From assembly GCA_037130265.1 (NCBI GenBank), contig JBAXTI010000002.1:26870-90869 (forward strand): DNA of 64,000 bases, in the 5' to 3' direction. Each line of letters starts with the position of its first letter. Position 1 is the stretch's first letter. The DNA comes from a bacterium (GTDB lineage: Bacteria > Patescibacteriota > Minisyncoccia > Phycocordibacterales > JBBTRF01). Below are positions 1 through 8,987 of this stretch, piece after piece. The notes beneath the pieces are model-generated. The model did not search any database. It worked only from the letters and a program-made list of their open reading frames with translations, and was not told the origin of the DNA. A program made the position numbers and the translations under genes.

Positions 1-1
1 T

Positions 2-1684
2 GGACACCATCGTCTCTCGATCCTCGACATCGATCCGCGCTCGCATCAGCCGATGGCTTCGGCCGACGGAGCTTTGCGGATTGTTTTCAATGGCGAGATT
101 TACAATTTCAAGCAGGTGAAAGAACAGCTTTCCGGGAAATATCAATTCAAGACTACTTCAGATACGGAAGTGCTCCTGTGTGCCTATAAAGAATGGGGTG
201 TGAATATGACCGAGCAGATTCGCGGCATGTATGCTTTTGCGCTCTACGATACCGCACAGCAGAAGATCGTCCTCATGAGGGATCATGTGGGGATAAAGCC
301 GCTGTACTATTATGCGAAGGCCGGAGTGTTCGCCTTTGCTTCCGAAATGAAGGGTCTCACAGCACTTCTTTCAGCCAAAGGACTGTCTCTGAAGGTACTC
401 GCGGATTCCGTGGAGTTGTTCATTACCCTCGGGTATGTGCCGTCGCCGTACACTATCTACGAAGATGTCTTTCGAGTTGAGAGATCGTCCGTTGTAGAAT
501 ACGATCTCTCGGCAAGGGCAATTTCAAAAAAGGCGACATATCGCCAAAACGTTTCAGTAGTGAAAGGGGAAGAAGAATTTGCTCAATTACTAGAAACACA
601 AGTCCTCTCGCATCTTGTTTCTGACGTGCCGGTTGGGGTATTTTTTTCCGGCGGTACGGACTCCTCTCTCGTTGCCGCTATTTTGCAGAAGCATCGCATC
701 AGTTTGGAGACGTTTAGTATTGCCGTCGATCGAAAAGCTGAGGATCAGGCTTACTTCAAGCGTATTGGTGTGGCACTGCAACTGAAGACAAATGTGTTTT
801 CGTTTGGCGTCGACGAGTTTGATGCAGTGTACGAAGAGGTGATGTCGAAGATCGACGAGCCGACGCATGACAATTCTATTTTTCCGACCTATTTTGTCTC
901 GAAGAAGGCCGCCGAAAAAGTGAAGGTGGTGCTGTCTGGCGAAGGCGGTGATGAGTACTTTTTCGGTTATCACCGCGACACGGTATTGTCAAAGTTGTCT
1001 GCAAAGCAGGATTATAATATTACCTGGCTCGACCGCCTCTTTTTCCTGATGCCGAATGTGCGCTCGAAAAATGCACTCTTTGAGCGTTTTTTTATTCTTT
1101 TTGGCCAGCCGTTTAGTTTTTATCTGCTGCATATGTCGCCTTCGAAGGACCTCGCAAGTCTCGAGGGGTGGCGTCTCTGGAAGGGTTTGTTCAGGCAAAA
1201 TGCCACGACGCCACGTCTGCTCGATCAGGACTTTTATCTCGAAGGTGATCTGCTGAGAAAGACTGATTTTGCCACCTCGTATGTTTCGATAGAGGGTCGC
1301 GTACCACTCCTCGATGTAGATGTGGTGCGAAATAGTACACAATTTTCCGATCAGAGCCTTGTTGGAGGCGTTTCGAAAGCTTTTCTGAAAAAAATATTGA
1401 CACGATATTTGCCGAAGGAGCTGGTGTATCGCAACAAAAGCGGTTTCGGCATTGATCTCCGAGGCTTGTTCAAGAGCTCGCGCCTCTTGAAAAGAGAGTT
1501 GGTCGAGGCACAGCAATATCTGAGGGAACGCTTACTGTTGCGGCCGGAGCATGAGAACGCGGAGCGCTTGATGGCTCGTTATCCAAACCTGGCTTTCGCT
1601 CTCATCTCTTTATTCCGAGTGTTGAAGAATGTTGATTTCAGTGGTGGAGCCGATGACAGTCGTTCGTCTTCTGTATTTAAATAA
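2..1684 (+). CDS. asnB: Asparagine synthase (glutamine-hydrolysing)-like amidotransferase, 5' truncated by the window edge
   Basis: Frame is open from base 2 (GHHRLSILDIDPRSHQPM). Motifs FNGEIYN, SDTEV, RDHVGIKPLYY, FFSGGTDSS, VLSGEGGDE, EGRVPLLD, KSGF. Confidence 0.9.
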   Translation, partial: GHHRLSILDIDPRSHQPMASADGALRIVFNGEIYNFKQVKEQLSGKYQFKTTSDTEVLLCAYKEWGVNMTEQIRGMYAFALYDTAQQKIVLMRDHVGIKPLYYYAKAGVFAFASEMKGLTALLSAKGLSLKVLADSVELFITLGYVPSPYTIYEDVFRVERSSVVEYDLSARAISKKATYRQNVSVVKGEEEFAQLLETQVLSHLVSDVPVGVFFSGGTDSSLVAAILQKHRISLETFSIAVDRKAEDQAYFKRIGVALQLKTNVFSFGVDEFDAVYEEVMSKIDEPTHDNSIFPTYFVSKKAAEKVKVVLSGEGGDEYFFGYHRDTVLSKLSAKQDYNITWLDRLFFLMPNVRSKNALFERFFILFGQPFSFYLLHMSPSKDLASLEGWRLWKGLFRQNATTPRLLDQDFYLEGDLLRKTDFATSYVSIEGRVPLLDVDVVRNSTQFSDQSLVGGVSKAFLKKILTRYLPKELVYRNKSGFGIDLRGLFKSSRLLKRELVEAQQYLRERLLLRPEHENAERLMARYPNLAFALISLFRVLKNVDFSGGADDSRSSSVFK

Positions 1685-3875
1685 CATACGAATCAGCCTT
1701 CTTTTTGAAATGATGTCCTTGATTGTCGAAGTCCAAGTACAGTTCCTTTTTTTGAAAAGGGAATAGGCAGAGGAATAAAAAACGGGAGAACGGTTTCTTC
1801 GGATGTAATCTCAAAAAACGATTCAGTGTGAAAAATACAAGAAGTCTTTTTTCGAGAAAGAAGTTGTAGGGTGCAATAACCACTTGCTCCTTACGGTATT
1901 CTTCCATGTTCTCGCTCAATTGCCCCGCCCTCTTCCTAAAGGTGCTTACTTGTTTATTAAATGACCAAAGTGGTGCATGTTGGGAAAAAGCAAACCATAA
2001 AGCATAATCACCAGCAAGGCGATATTTTGAGATATCTGGACACGCCTTTTTCCAGAGTGATTTCTTCCAGAATACACTAGCCTGTTCCACAAAGTAAGCG
2101 CTTCGCCCGTAGGCTCCTTTCTGAAGCCAGTCACGTCGATATGTCAGACATGCCCCAGGAGAAATGACACTACCAACCTCATTGCTCGTTGAGTCGATTC
2201 CTTTAATCCACTCAACCTCTGGATCTGCAGAAAAAATGTTACAGACCGATGCAAAGGCGCCAGCAAGGTAGTTGTCGTCCGAATTAATGTAGGCGAATAT
2301 CTCGCCGGTTGCGCGGGCGAAGCCTTTTTCTATCGCATCGTACATCCCGCCATCTTTTTCGGAATACCACTTGAGCGTGACTTTTTTACAGCGTCCTGGA
2401 TACTCGCCTTTACACAACAGTTGCTCATAGGATTTCACAATGGCAATCGTTTCGTCGGTAGATCCACCATCTTGGATGATGTATTCAATTTCGAAATTGC
2501 CTTCTTGCGAAAGAACGCTATCCATTGTTTCTTTGATATATTTTTCGCCGTTGTAAACCGGGGTAATGATACTAAATTTTAATTCTTCCCCTGGTGTCAC
2601 TTTGCAAACGAACACTGCTTCGGTTCGGTAAAGATGCCTCTCTACTAGGGTGAAGCCAGCTCGAGTGAGTATCGATTCAACGGAAGATCGAACAGGGGAT
2701 CCTTTCGCGGAGTGTAGATGGAAAATAAGAGTGCTGTTGGTCACTGATCGTAACGTTAAAATGAGCTTCGTAGCGTCACGAAGTTCAGTAGGAGTGGTCG
2801 AACAGAACACAACATCTGCCGTTTTTTTATGCTGTTCAGATGATATGTCGATAACAGAAGTTGAAGTCGCTTCGAGTCTTCGTGCAAGGAGTGAATTTGA
2901 ATCATCAGACTTCCTTTTGTCAGTAAAGATCTCGGCAAACGATTTTCCTGGAACGTATCGTTGTATAAGAGCCTTTGCGTCTGGATGTTTCGGTCTCGTC
3001 ATGTTCCAGTTCATGGTCCAAAATATTTTGCGTACCATTTTGAAGATGAGACTTGAAAATGCTGGCGGGAGGCTACTGTACGTATACGAGGCTGCAAGTA
3101 GGTCCTTCATCGGTTCCCACTTGTCGCGTCTTTCGACAATGACCGTCCAGTTTTTTTTGAGAATAGGTAGAAGGCTTTCGTTGTTATCTCTCGCGTATCG
3201 ATGTACAAAAAGTTTCTGTCGCGGATTTTCATAGGGAAGACAGTCGATCAAAAACATAAACGAGGAATCTATGACGTGTATTTCTTCGGCATTCTCGATT
3301 ACGGTGCAATAGTCAAAAATGTTTTCCGTCAGGTTTTTATTTGGCTCGAACACTGCGCAATGTTTGCTTATCAACTCGCGCTTAATGAGATATTTTCTTT
3401 CCGGGTCTTCATGTAGAAAAGCGTAAGCCTCTTTGTGCGGGACTTTTTCAAAAAGGCCCCGCTCTCTTTCAAGATCCCTTTCAACAAAAAAGCTCTCCCA
3501 TTTTTTTAAGAGGGGGAGTCCGGCTATTTCGTAGAGCTGTTTTTCGAACTGGATACTATGTTTGCTCCAGATGAGATAGCTATGGCCAATGATCTTAATG
3601 ACATCAAATTCCATTTCTTCCTTTTGGGGATTGTCGAGAAAAACTGTATTCTCGTTGAGTTTCAAGGGTGTTTTGTCTATCTCGAAAACACGTAGATTTG
3701 TTAAGTCACGGTACATAAAGCGCACTGAAGGGTAGTTGTGTTTTTTGGCAAAAATGGTGACGTGTTCGTACTGCTTGCAATACTCCCTCACCATTCCATG
3801 GCATATGATCTGGTCACCCATTCCAAATGGGTAGTAGAGTAATACCTTGAGTGCTTTGTTGTTAGGGACATTCAT
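1677..3875 (-). CDS. Fusion protein: N-terminal GT-B-like domain (paralog of the next gene), degenerate methyltransferase-like middle region, C-terminal GT2 glycosyltransferase
   Basis: C-terminal FSIITPVYNGEKYI...QDGGSTD...DGGMYDAI...YINSDD is a GT2 signature. N-terminal GMGDQIICHGMVRE...IHVIDSSF matches 3887..4597. Start moved to ATG 3875 to avoid overlapping the upstream gene. Confidence 0.8.
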   Translation of the reverse strand: MNVPNNKALKVLLYYPFGMGDQIICHGMVREYCKQYEHVTIFAKKHNYPSVRFMYRDLTNLRVFEIDKTPLKLNENTVFLDNPQKEEMEFDVIKIIGHSYLIWSKHSIQFEKQLYEIAGLPLLKKWESFFVERDLERERGLFEKVPHKEAYAFLHEDPERKYLIKRELISKHCAVFEPNKNLTENIFDYCTVIENAEEIHVIDSSFMFLIDCLPYENPRQKLFVHRYARDNNESLLPILKKNWTVIVERRDKWEPMKDLLAASYTYSSLPPAFSSLIFKMVRKIFWTMNWNMTRPKHPDAKALIQRYVPGKSFAEIFTDKRKSDDSNSLLARRLEATSTSVIDISSEQHKKTADVVFCSTTPTELRDATKLILTLRSVTNSTLIFHLHSAKGSPVRSSVESILTRAGFTLVERHLYRTEAVFVCKVTPGEELKFSIITPVYNGEKYIKETMDSVLSQEGNFEIEYIIQDGGSTDETIAIVKSYEQLLCKGEYPGRCKKVTLKWYSEKDGGMYDAIEKGFARATGEIFAYINSDDNYLAGAFASVCNIFSADPEVEWIKGIDSTSNEVGSVISPGACLTYRRDWLQKGAYGRSAYFVEQASVFWKKSLWKKACPDISKYRLAGDYALWFAFSQHAPLWSFNKQVSTFRKRAGQLSENMEEYRKEQVVIAPYNFFLEKRLLVFFTLNRFLRLHPKKPFSRFLFLCLFPFQKKELYLDFDNQGHHFKKKADSYVI

Positions 3876-3886
3876 GGGGATCGTTT

Positions 3887-4597
3887 TTATTCGGTAATAA
3901 TAGTCCAACTCTTTTTCAGTATCGGGAGCTGCCACTCTGGGTTCTGTCGAGAATATCGATGTACAAAACGTTTCTGTTCAGGGTTCTTGTAAGGCAGGCA
4001 GTCAATAAGGAACATAAAAGAAGAGTCGATAACATGAATTTCCTTCGCTTTCTCTATGGTCCTACAATAGTCAAAAATATTGTCAGTGAGCTGTTTGTTG
4101 GGCGTAATAACGTAGTAATCTTTGCCGACATAGGTTCTTTTTATAACAAAGTTTCTACTTGGATCTTCGTGTAAGAATACGAAGTCCCCGATCGGTGCAA
4201 TCTGTCTAATGAGCGAATGTTCTCGATCAAGATCTCTTTTTACCAAAAAGCTCTCCCATTTTTTCTCCAACGGAACTTCGGCGATTGCATAGAATTGCTG
4301 TTCAATCTGAATTCCAGATGTTGCGTCCAGATTATCGAAACCAACAGTAAGAACTTTGTTGTATTTCAAATTCCCAAAACAGTTATTGAGAAAGATACGT
4401 ACTCGAGCCTGCGCATCGTCCCCCTTGATGACGGTAAGGTTTTGTAGGTCACGATACATGAAGGCTACCGAAGAATAGTTGTGGGCTTTTGCAAAGATAG
4501 TCACTCGATCATACCTTTTACAATACTCTCGGACGATGCCGTGGCACATGATGTGATCACCTAGCCCGAGGTGATGATAGATGAGAATACTAGACAT
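3887..4597 (-). CDS. Putative glycosyltransferase (HHLGLGD...IDSS family, GT9-like)
   Basis: 236-aa ORF with an N-terminal HHLGLGDHIMC and a C-terminal HVIDSSF, resembling the GD and DS motifs of GT-B/GT9 enzymes. Lies in the glycan locus. Confidence 0.6.
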   Translation of the reverse strand: MSSILIYHHLGLGDHIMCHGIVREYCKRYDRVTIFAKAHNYSSVAFMYRDLQNLTVIKGDDAQARVRIFLNNCFGNLKYNKVLTVGFDNLDATSGIQIEQQFYAIAEVPLEKKWESFLVKRDLDREHSLIRQIAPIGDFVFLHEDPSRNFVIKRTYVGKDYYVITPNKQLTDNIFDYCRTIEKAKEIHVIDSSFMFLIDCLPYKNPEQKRFVHRYSRQNPEWQLPILKKSWTIITE

Positions 4598-4754
4598 AAT
4601 TCTTTTTTATTGTCTTAATTTATCTGCCATAGAAATGCACCATCTTCTGATGGGAGAAGTATAGCATTTCTTATATTTTATGCTAAAATGCCCGTATGAA
4701 CGAGGCTATTTGGGGGAATGGCGCTTGGCGTCGGAACTAAATTAACCGCATACT

Positions 4755-5495
4755 ATGAAGAAGATTCTCATTATAGGGGAAAGTTGTCGAGATATCTTTG
4801 TGTATTGCAAGGCGAATAGGTTGTGCCCCGATATTCCTGTTCCGGCACTCAGTATTGTGAGTCAAACAGAAAACCCGGGTATGGCAAAAAATGTCGAACG
4901 CAACATTCGGAGTATTTTTGAAAATTGCGACATTGTAACCAATGATGGTTGGGAGAAAGTGACAAAAACAAGATACATGCATCTCGATAGTAATCATATG
5001 TTCATTCGCGTCGACACCGACCACACTATTCCACGCATCGATGTTAAAAAAGTTCCTCTTGGATATGACATCGTCGGTATCTCTGATTACAACAAGGGCT
5101 TCCTCACTGACAAAGATATCCAATATCTTTGCGAACATCATCGTAATGTGTTTATTGATACAAAAAAAATACTGGGTGAGTGGGCAAACAAAGTGAAGTT
5201 CATCAAGATTAATAACTTCGAGTATGAACGCTCCAAGCACTCGATTCCGCCGAAACTCAAAAATAAGATTATCTATACAAAAGGAGAGGCGGGTGCGCAT
5301 TACAAGGGTAAGATGTACCCAGTAAGGCATAAAGTCGAAGTGAAGGATGTTTCCGGTGCGGGCGACAGTTTTTTCGCGGCACTTATCGTAAGGTATGCCG
5401 AGACGGAGGATATTGAAGAAGCTATCCATTTCGCGAATGAGTGCGCATCTAAGGTGGTGCAGCAAAAAGGGGTCTCGGTGATAAAAAGACCCTAG
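4755..5495 (+). CDS. PfkB-family sugar kinase, RfaE/HldE heptose-7-phosphate-kinase-like
   Basis: Motifs RLCPDIPVP, GMAKNV, TKTR, ISDYNKG, DTKK, KINNFE, and the PfkB signature DVSGAGDSF. Confidence 0.8.
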   Translation: MKKILIIGESCRDIFVYCKANRLCPDIPVPALSIVSQTENPGMAKNVERNIRSIFENCDIVTNDGWEKVTKTRYMHLDSNHMFIRVDTDHTIPRIDVKKVPLGYDIVGISDYNKGFLTDKDIQYLCEHHRNVFIDTKKILGEWANKVKFIKINNFEYERSKHSIPPKLKNKIIYTKGEAGAHYKGKMYPVRHKVEVKDVSGAGDSFFAALIVRYAETEDIEEAIHFANECASKVVQQKGVSVIKRP

Positions 5496-5608
5496 GTTCT
5501 TTCCTTAAATTTTGCTGCTGAATGAGGCTAGACACGGTGCTGTCCTTAGGATATTATTGCTCGGTAATTAGTGAATATAGCATATCTATTTTTTTACCTC
5601 GTTTTCTC

Positions 5609-6673
5609 ATGAAAGATCCGAAAAAGCCGATGAAAGCAGCTATTCTCGAGAAGATCGACGAACCTTTGGCGATTAGAGAGGTAGAGTTAACGGACCTTGT
5701 TTCTGGCCAGGTATTGGTTCGGGTGTTGGTGAGTGGTATTTGCGGAGCACAGCTTCAGGAGATTGCGGGCAATAAAGGCAATGCAAAATTCGTCCCTCAT
5801 CTCCTGGGTCACGAAGGCTGCGGCATTGTTGAGGCACACGCTCCCGATGTTACTACCGTGAAGGTTGGCGACAAGGTGGTCATGCATTGGATGAAAGGTG
5901 ATGGCATTGAGGCTGATTTTCCGGTCTATATTTTGAATGGTAAAAAAATCCGCAGTGGCAAGGTGACGACCTTTAGCGAATACTCAGTCGTCTCCGAGAA
6001 TCGCGTCACTGCCGTGCCACACGAGACGCCAAATGATCTCTGTGCGTTGCTTGGCTGCGGATTGTCGACGGCACTTGGAGTGATGGAGAATGAGGCACAG
6101 GTGAAGGTAGGTGAGAGTGTGATGATCGTGGGCGCCGGCGGCTTAGGACTCAATCTTTTGAACGCGGCGATAATCGCCGGCGCCAAGCCAATCATCCTCG
6201 TCGATGTACACGAAAGCAAACGCAAGATGGCGGAGGCTCTCGGCGCGCACCTTTTCATTAATTCAAAAGAAAAAGGTATCAAGGAAGAATTGATTGAAAA
6301 ACTGAATCTGAAAGATCTCGACGTCATTGTTGACACTTCTGGCAACAAGCACGCTGTGGAAGGAACCCTGCCATTGCTCGGCGGTAACGGCCGCTACATT
6401 TTTGTCGGCCAGCCGAAACCGGGTGAGACAATTGAGCTCAAGAACGCGCACCACATGTTTGACGGCAAGGGTAAGATGATTAAGGCCACTCAGGGCGGCA
6501 AATTCAATCCGACCAAGGACATCCCGCGTTATTTGCAAATGCATAAGACCGGCGCGCTTAAGATCCATCACATTATTAGCCACCGCATCGAGCTCGACAA
6601 GATTAACGAGGCGATTGACATGGTGCGCAACGGCCAGGCTGGCCGCATTATCATTGATATTTGCCCAGAATAA
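5609..6673 (+). CDS. Zn-dependent alcohol dehydrogenase (MDR family)
   Basis: Catalytic Zn motifs SGICGAQ and GHEGCG, and Rossmann motif GAGGLG. Start moved to ATG 5609. Confidence 0.85.
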   Translation: MKDPKKPMKAAILEKIDEPLAIREVELTDLVSGQVLVRVLVSGICGAQLQEIAGNKGNAKFVPHLLGHEGCGIVEAHAPDVTTVKVGDKVVMHWMKGDGIEADFPVYILNGKKIRSGKVTTFSEYSVVSENRVTAVPHETPNDLCALLGCGLSTALGVMENEAQVKVGESVMIVGAGGLGLNLLNAAIIAGAKPIILVDVHESKRKMAEALGAHLFINSKEKGIKEELIEKLNLKDLDVIVDTSGNKHAVEGTLPLLGGNGRYIFVGQPKPGETIELKNAHHMFDGKGKMIKATQGGKFNPTKDIPRYLQMHKTGALKIHHIISHRIELDKINEAIDMVRNGQAGRIIIDICPE

Positions 6674-6697
6674 AACGTTCTCCCGAGAACTCACCAC

Positions 6698-7690
6698 ATG
6701 ACTATCGTTGCTAAAACGAACAGTTCTAAAGCCTCTTCGCTTCTTGAGGCGTACAAAAAGATGCAGCTGATCCGCATCACAGAACAGGAGATCGCCAATT
6801 TTTATTTGGCAAACAAAGTGATGAGCTTCGTACACTTTTATGTCGGCCAAGAGGCGGTTGCGGTGGGTGTTTGTGCGGCGCTCGCAGCCGGCGACAAGGT
6901 CCTCGGCAACCATCGCTCGCACGGCCATTATTTAGCGAAGGGTGGCGACCTAAAGCGCATGGTCTGCGAGTTGCTTGGCAAATCGCACGGCTCTTCAAAA
7001 GGGAAGGGTGGCTCGATGCACATGATCGACAAGTCGGTGAATTTTGTCGGCTCGACCCCGATCCTCGGCAGCGTCGTGCCGCTCGCTTGCGGCGTCGCTT
7101 TCGAGCAGAAATATAATAAAAAGAATGATATTACTGTTTCGTTTGTCGGCGACGGCGCTTCCGAAGAGGGTGTGGTGTACGAGACAATCAACCTCGCGGC
7201 GTTGTTCAAGCTTCCGTACCTTATCGTCGTCGAGAACAATCTCTACTCGGTGAATTCAAAGATCAAAGACCGCCGGTCCGAAGGCTACAGCGTCGAAAAG
7301 ATCGTCACCGGTCTCGGTGCCCGTTACCTGAAAGCCGACGGTAACGACCTCGAAGACGTGCTCGCGATGGCGACCGAAGCAGTGAAGGTCATTCGCGCGG
7401 GTGGTGGACCAATAGTGCTCGAATGTATCACCTATCGTCACATGGCCCACAGTGCGCCGCTTTTTGACGACGCCCAAGGCTATCGCGAAGAAGATCCGAT
7501 TGAGAAGCGCTTGGAGCGCGACCCTATCAAGCGGTTGAAGCAGACCCTTTTAGCCGCCGACGTTTCGGAAGAGCAGTTCGCACAGATCGAAAAAGAGACT
7601 TTCGACACTATACTCGCCGCGATTGCTTTCGCGAAGGACGCACCATTTCCAGCGAAGGAGACTTTATATACTGACGTCTACGCGAAATAA
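6698..7690 (+). CDS. TPP-dependent dehydrogenase E1 alpha subunit
   Basis: Motifs HFYVGQEA, HRSHGH, GKGGSMH, TPP-binding GDGASEEG...ENN, and TYRHMAHS. Confidence 0.9.
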   Translation: MTIVAKTNSSKASSLLEAYKKMQLIRITEQEIANFYLANKVMSFVHFYVGQEAVAVGVCAALAAGDKVLGNHRSHGHYLAKGGDLKRMVCELLGKSHGSSKGKGGSMHMIDKSVNFVGSTPILGSVVPLACGVAFEQKYNKKNDITVSFVGDGASEEGVVYETINLAALFKLPYLIVVENNLYSVNSKIKDRRSEGYSVEKIVTGLGARYLKADGNDLEDVLAMATEAVKVIRAGGGPIVLECITYRHMAHSAPLFDDAQGYREEDPIEKRLERDPIKRLKQTLLAADVSEEQFAQIEKETFDTILAAIAFAKDAPFPAKETLYTDVYAK

Positions 7691-7716
7691 AATCAGAATC
7701 ACGTTTCAATAAAAAC

Positions 7717-8790
7717 ATGCCCGAACGAATAATTAAATGTAACGAAGCGATTAAAGAAGCCACCGATCAAATGATGGCTGTTGACCCGAGTGTGTTCGTG
7801 ATCGGCCTCGGTGTTTCGTACAAGAATGGTGCGGACGGCACCACAGCAGGATTGAAAGCAAAATATCCGGAGCGAATCTTCGACGTCCCCGTCTCTGAAG
7901 CTGGCTTCACTGGCATGGCGGTGGGTGCGGCGATCAGTGGTTTGCGACCGATCGTTCATCATGGCCGTATCGAATTTGCCTTGCTCGCTTCTGATTTTAT
8001 TTTTACCCAAGCCGCAAAATGGAACTATATGTTTGGCGGCGACAATCCGGTGCCCGTGGTCTTCCGTATCGCCATCGGTCGTGCATGGGGCAATGGTCCG
8101 CAACACACACTCTCGACGTATTCGATGTTCGGCAATGTTCCAGGTTTGAAGGTGGTGATTCCGTCGACGCCGTACATGGCGAAAGGCTTGCTTGTCTCCG
8201 CTCTCCGCGACCGAAACCCTGTCGTATTCCTCGAGCCTCGCTATTCATATGCTATGAAGCAACACGTGCCCGAAGAGATCTACTCCGAACCGCTTGATAA
8301 GGCAAAGGTGTTTCGAACAGGGAAGAGTGTGACTGTTGTCGCGTACGGCGACGGATTTATTGGCGCGTTGCAGGCCTGTGAATTGCTCAATGCGGTAAAT
8401 GGCAATGGTACCGCCACCGCAGACCTTGCCGACATCGATCTGATCGACCTCGTGAGTATTAATCCCGTCGACCACGAGACTATCGCTCGCTCGGTGCAGA
8501 AGACCGGACACTTGTTGTGTATCGACACAACGATTGACTCGTTCAGCGTCGGTTCGGAAATAATCGCTAAGGTTGCGCAAAATACTGCGGTGCATTTGAA
8601 AAAGCCACCAGTTGCACTTGCCTGTCCGAATGTCGCGTGTCCAACCTCGACCGCACTCACCGAATCTTACTATCCGACCAAGGTGGATATCGCGAACGCC
8701 ATCCTCGCTCTGCAAGGGAAGCCGGCAATCACGCATCCGCTCACTTTTGATGATTTGCATACTCACGCGGCGTTTGTGATCCAGGGGTAA
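7717..8790 (+). CDS. TPP-dependent dehydrogenase E1 beta subunit
   Basis: Motifs DVPVSEAGFTGMAVGAA, GLRP, GPQH, PGLKVVIPSTPY, NPVVFLE, SVQKTG. Confidence 0.9.
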   Translation: MPERIIKCNEAIKEATDQMMAVDPSVFVIGLGVSYKNGADGTTAGLKAKYPERIFDVPVSEAGFTGMAVGAAISGLRPIVHHGRIEFALLASDFIFTQAAKWNYMFGGDNPVPVVFRIAIGRAWGNGPQHTLSTYSMFGNVPGLKVVIPSTPYMAKGLLVSALRDRNPVVFLEPRYSYAMKQHVPEEIYSEPLDKAKVFRTGKSVTVVAYGDGFIGALQACELLNAVNGNGTATADLADIDLIDLVSINPVDHETIARSVQKTGHLLCIDTTIDSFSVGSEIIAKVAQNTAVHLKKPPVALACPNVACPTSTALTESYYPTKVDIANAILALQGKPAITHPLTFDDLHTHAAFVIQG

Positions 8791-8841
8791 AAAGGAGCTA
8801 GATCGTTCAGAAAAGCCCTAAAATTGGCCACAAAACTTCTA

Positions 8842-8870
8842 TTGACAGTAGTATTGAAACATGCTACAAC
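8842..8870 (+). promoter_or_regulatory. sigma70-like promoter for the EEP gene
   Basis: TTGACA (8842-8847), 17-nt spacer ending in TGc, then an imperfect -10 TACAAC (8865-8870). Confidence 0.5.
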
Positions 8871-8987
8871 TCAACCTAGTCAGGAAATGCCCTGTTGGCA
8901 GGTCTTGAATTTTAAAAACGGCAAAAGCCGTAAAAAGCAACAAACCAGGCCCCAAAAAGGCCGCAAACCTCTTGAAAGGAGGCCGCA

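Noticed and set aside
6698-8790. Naming these genes pdhA/pdhB of central metabolism
   Set aside because: No E2 or E3 is nearby and the context is a glycan locus, so the substrate cannot be assigned.
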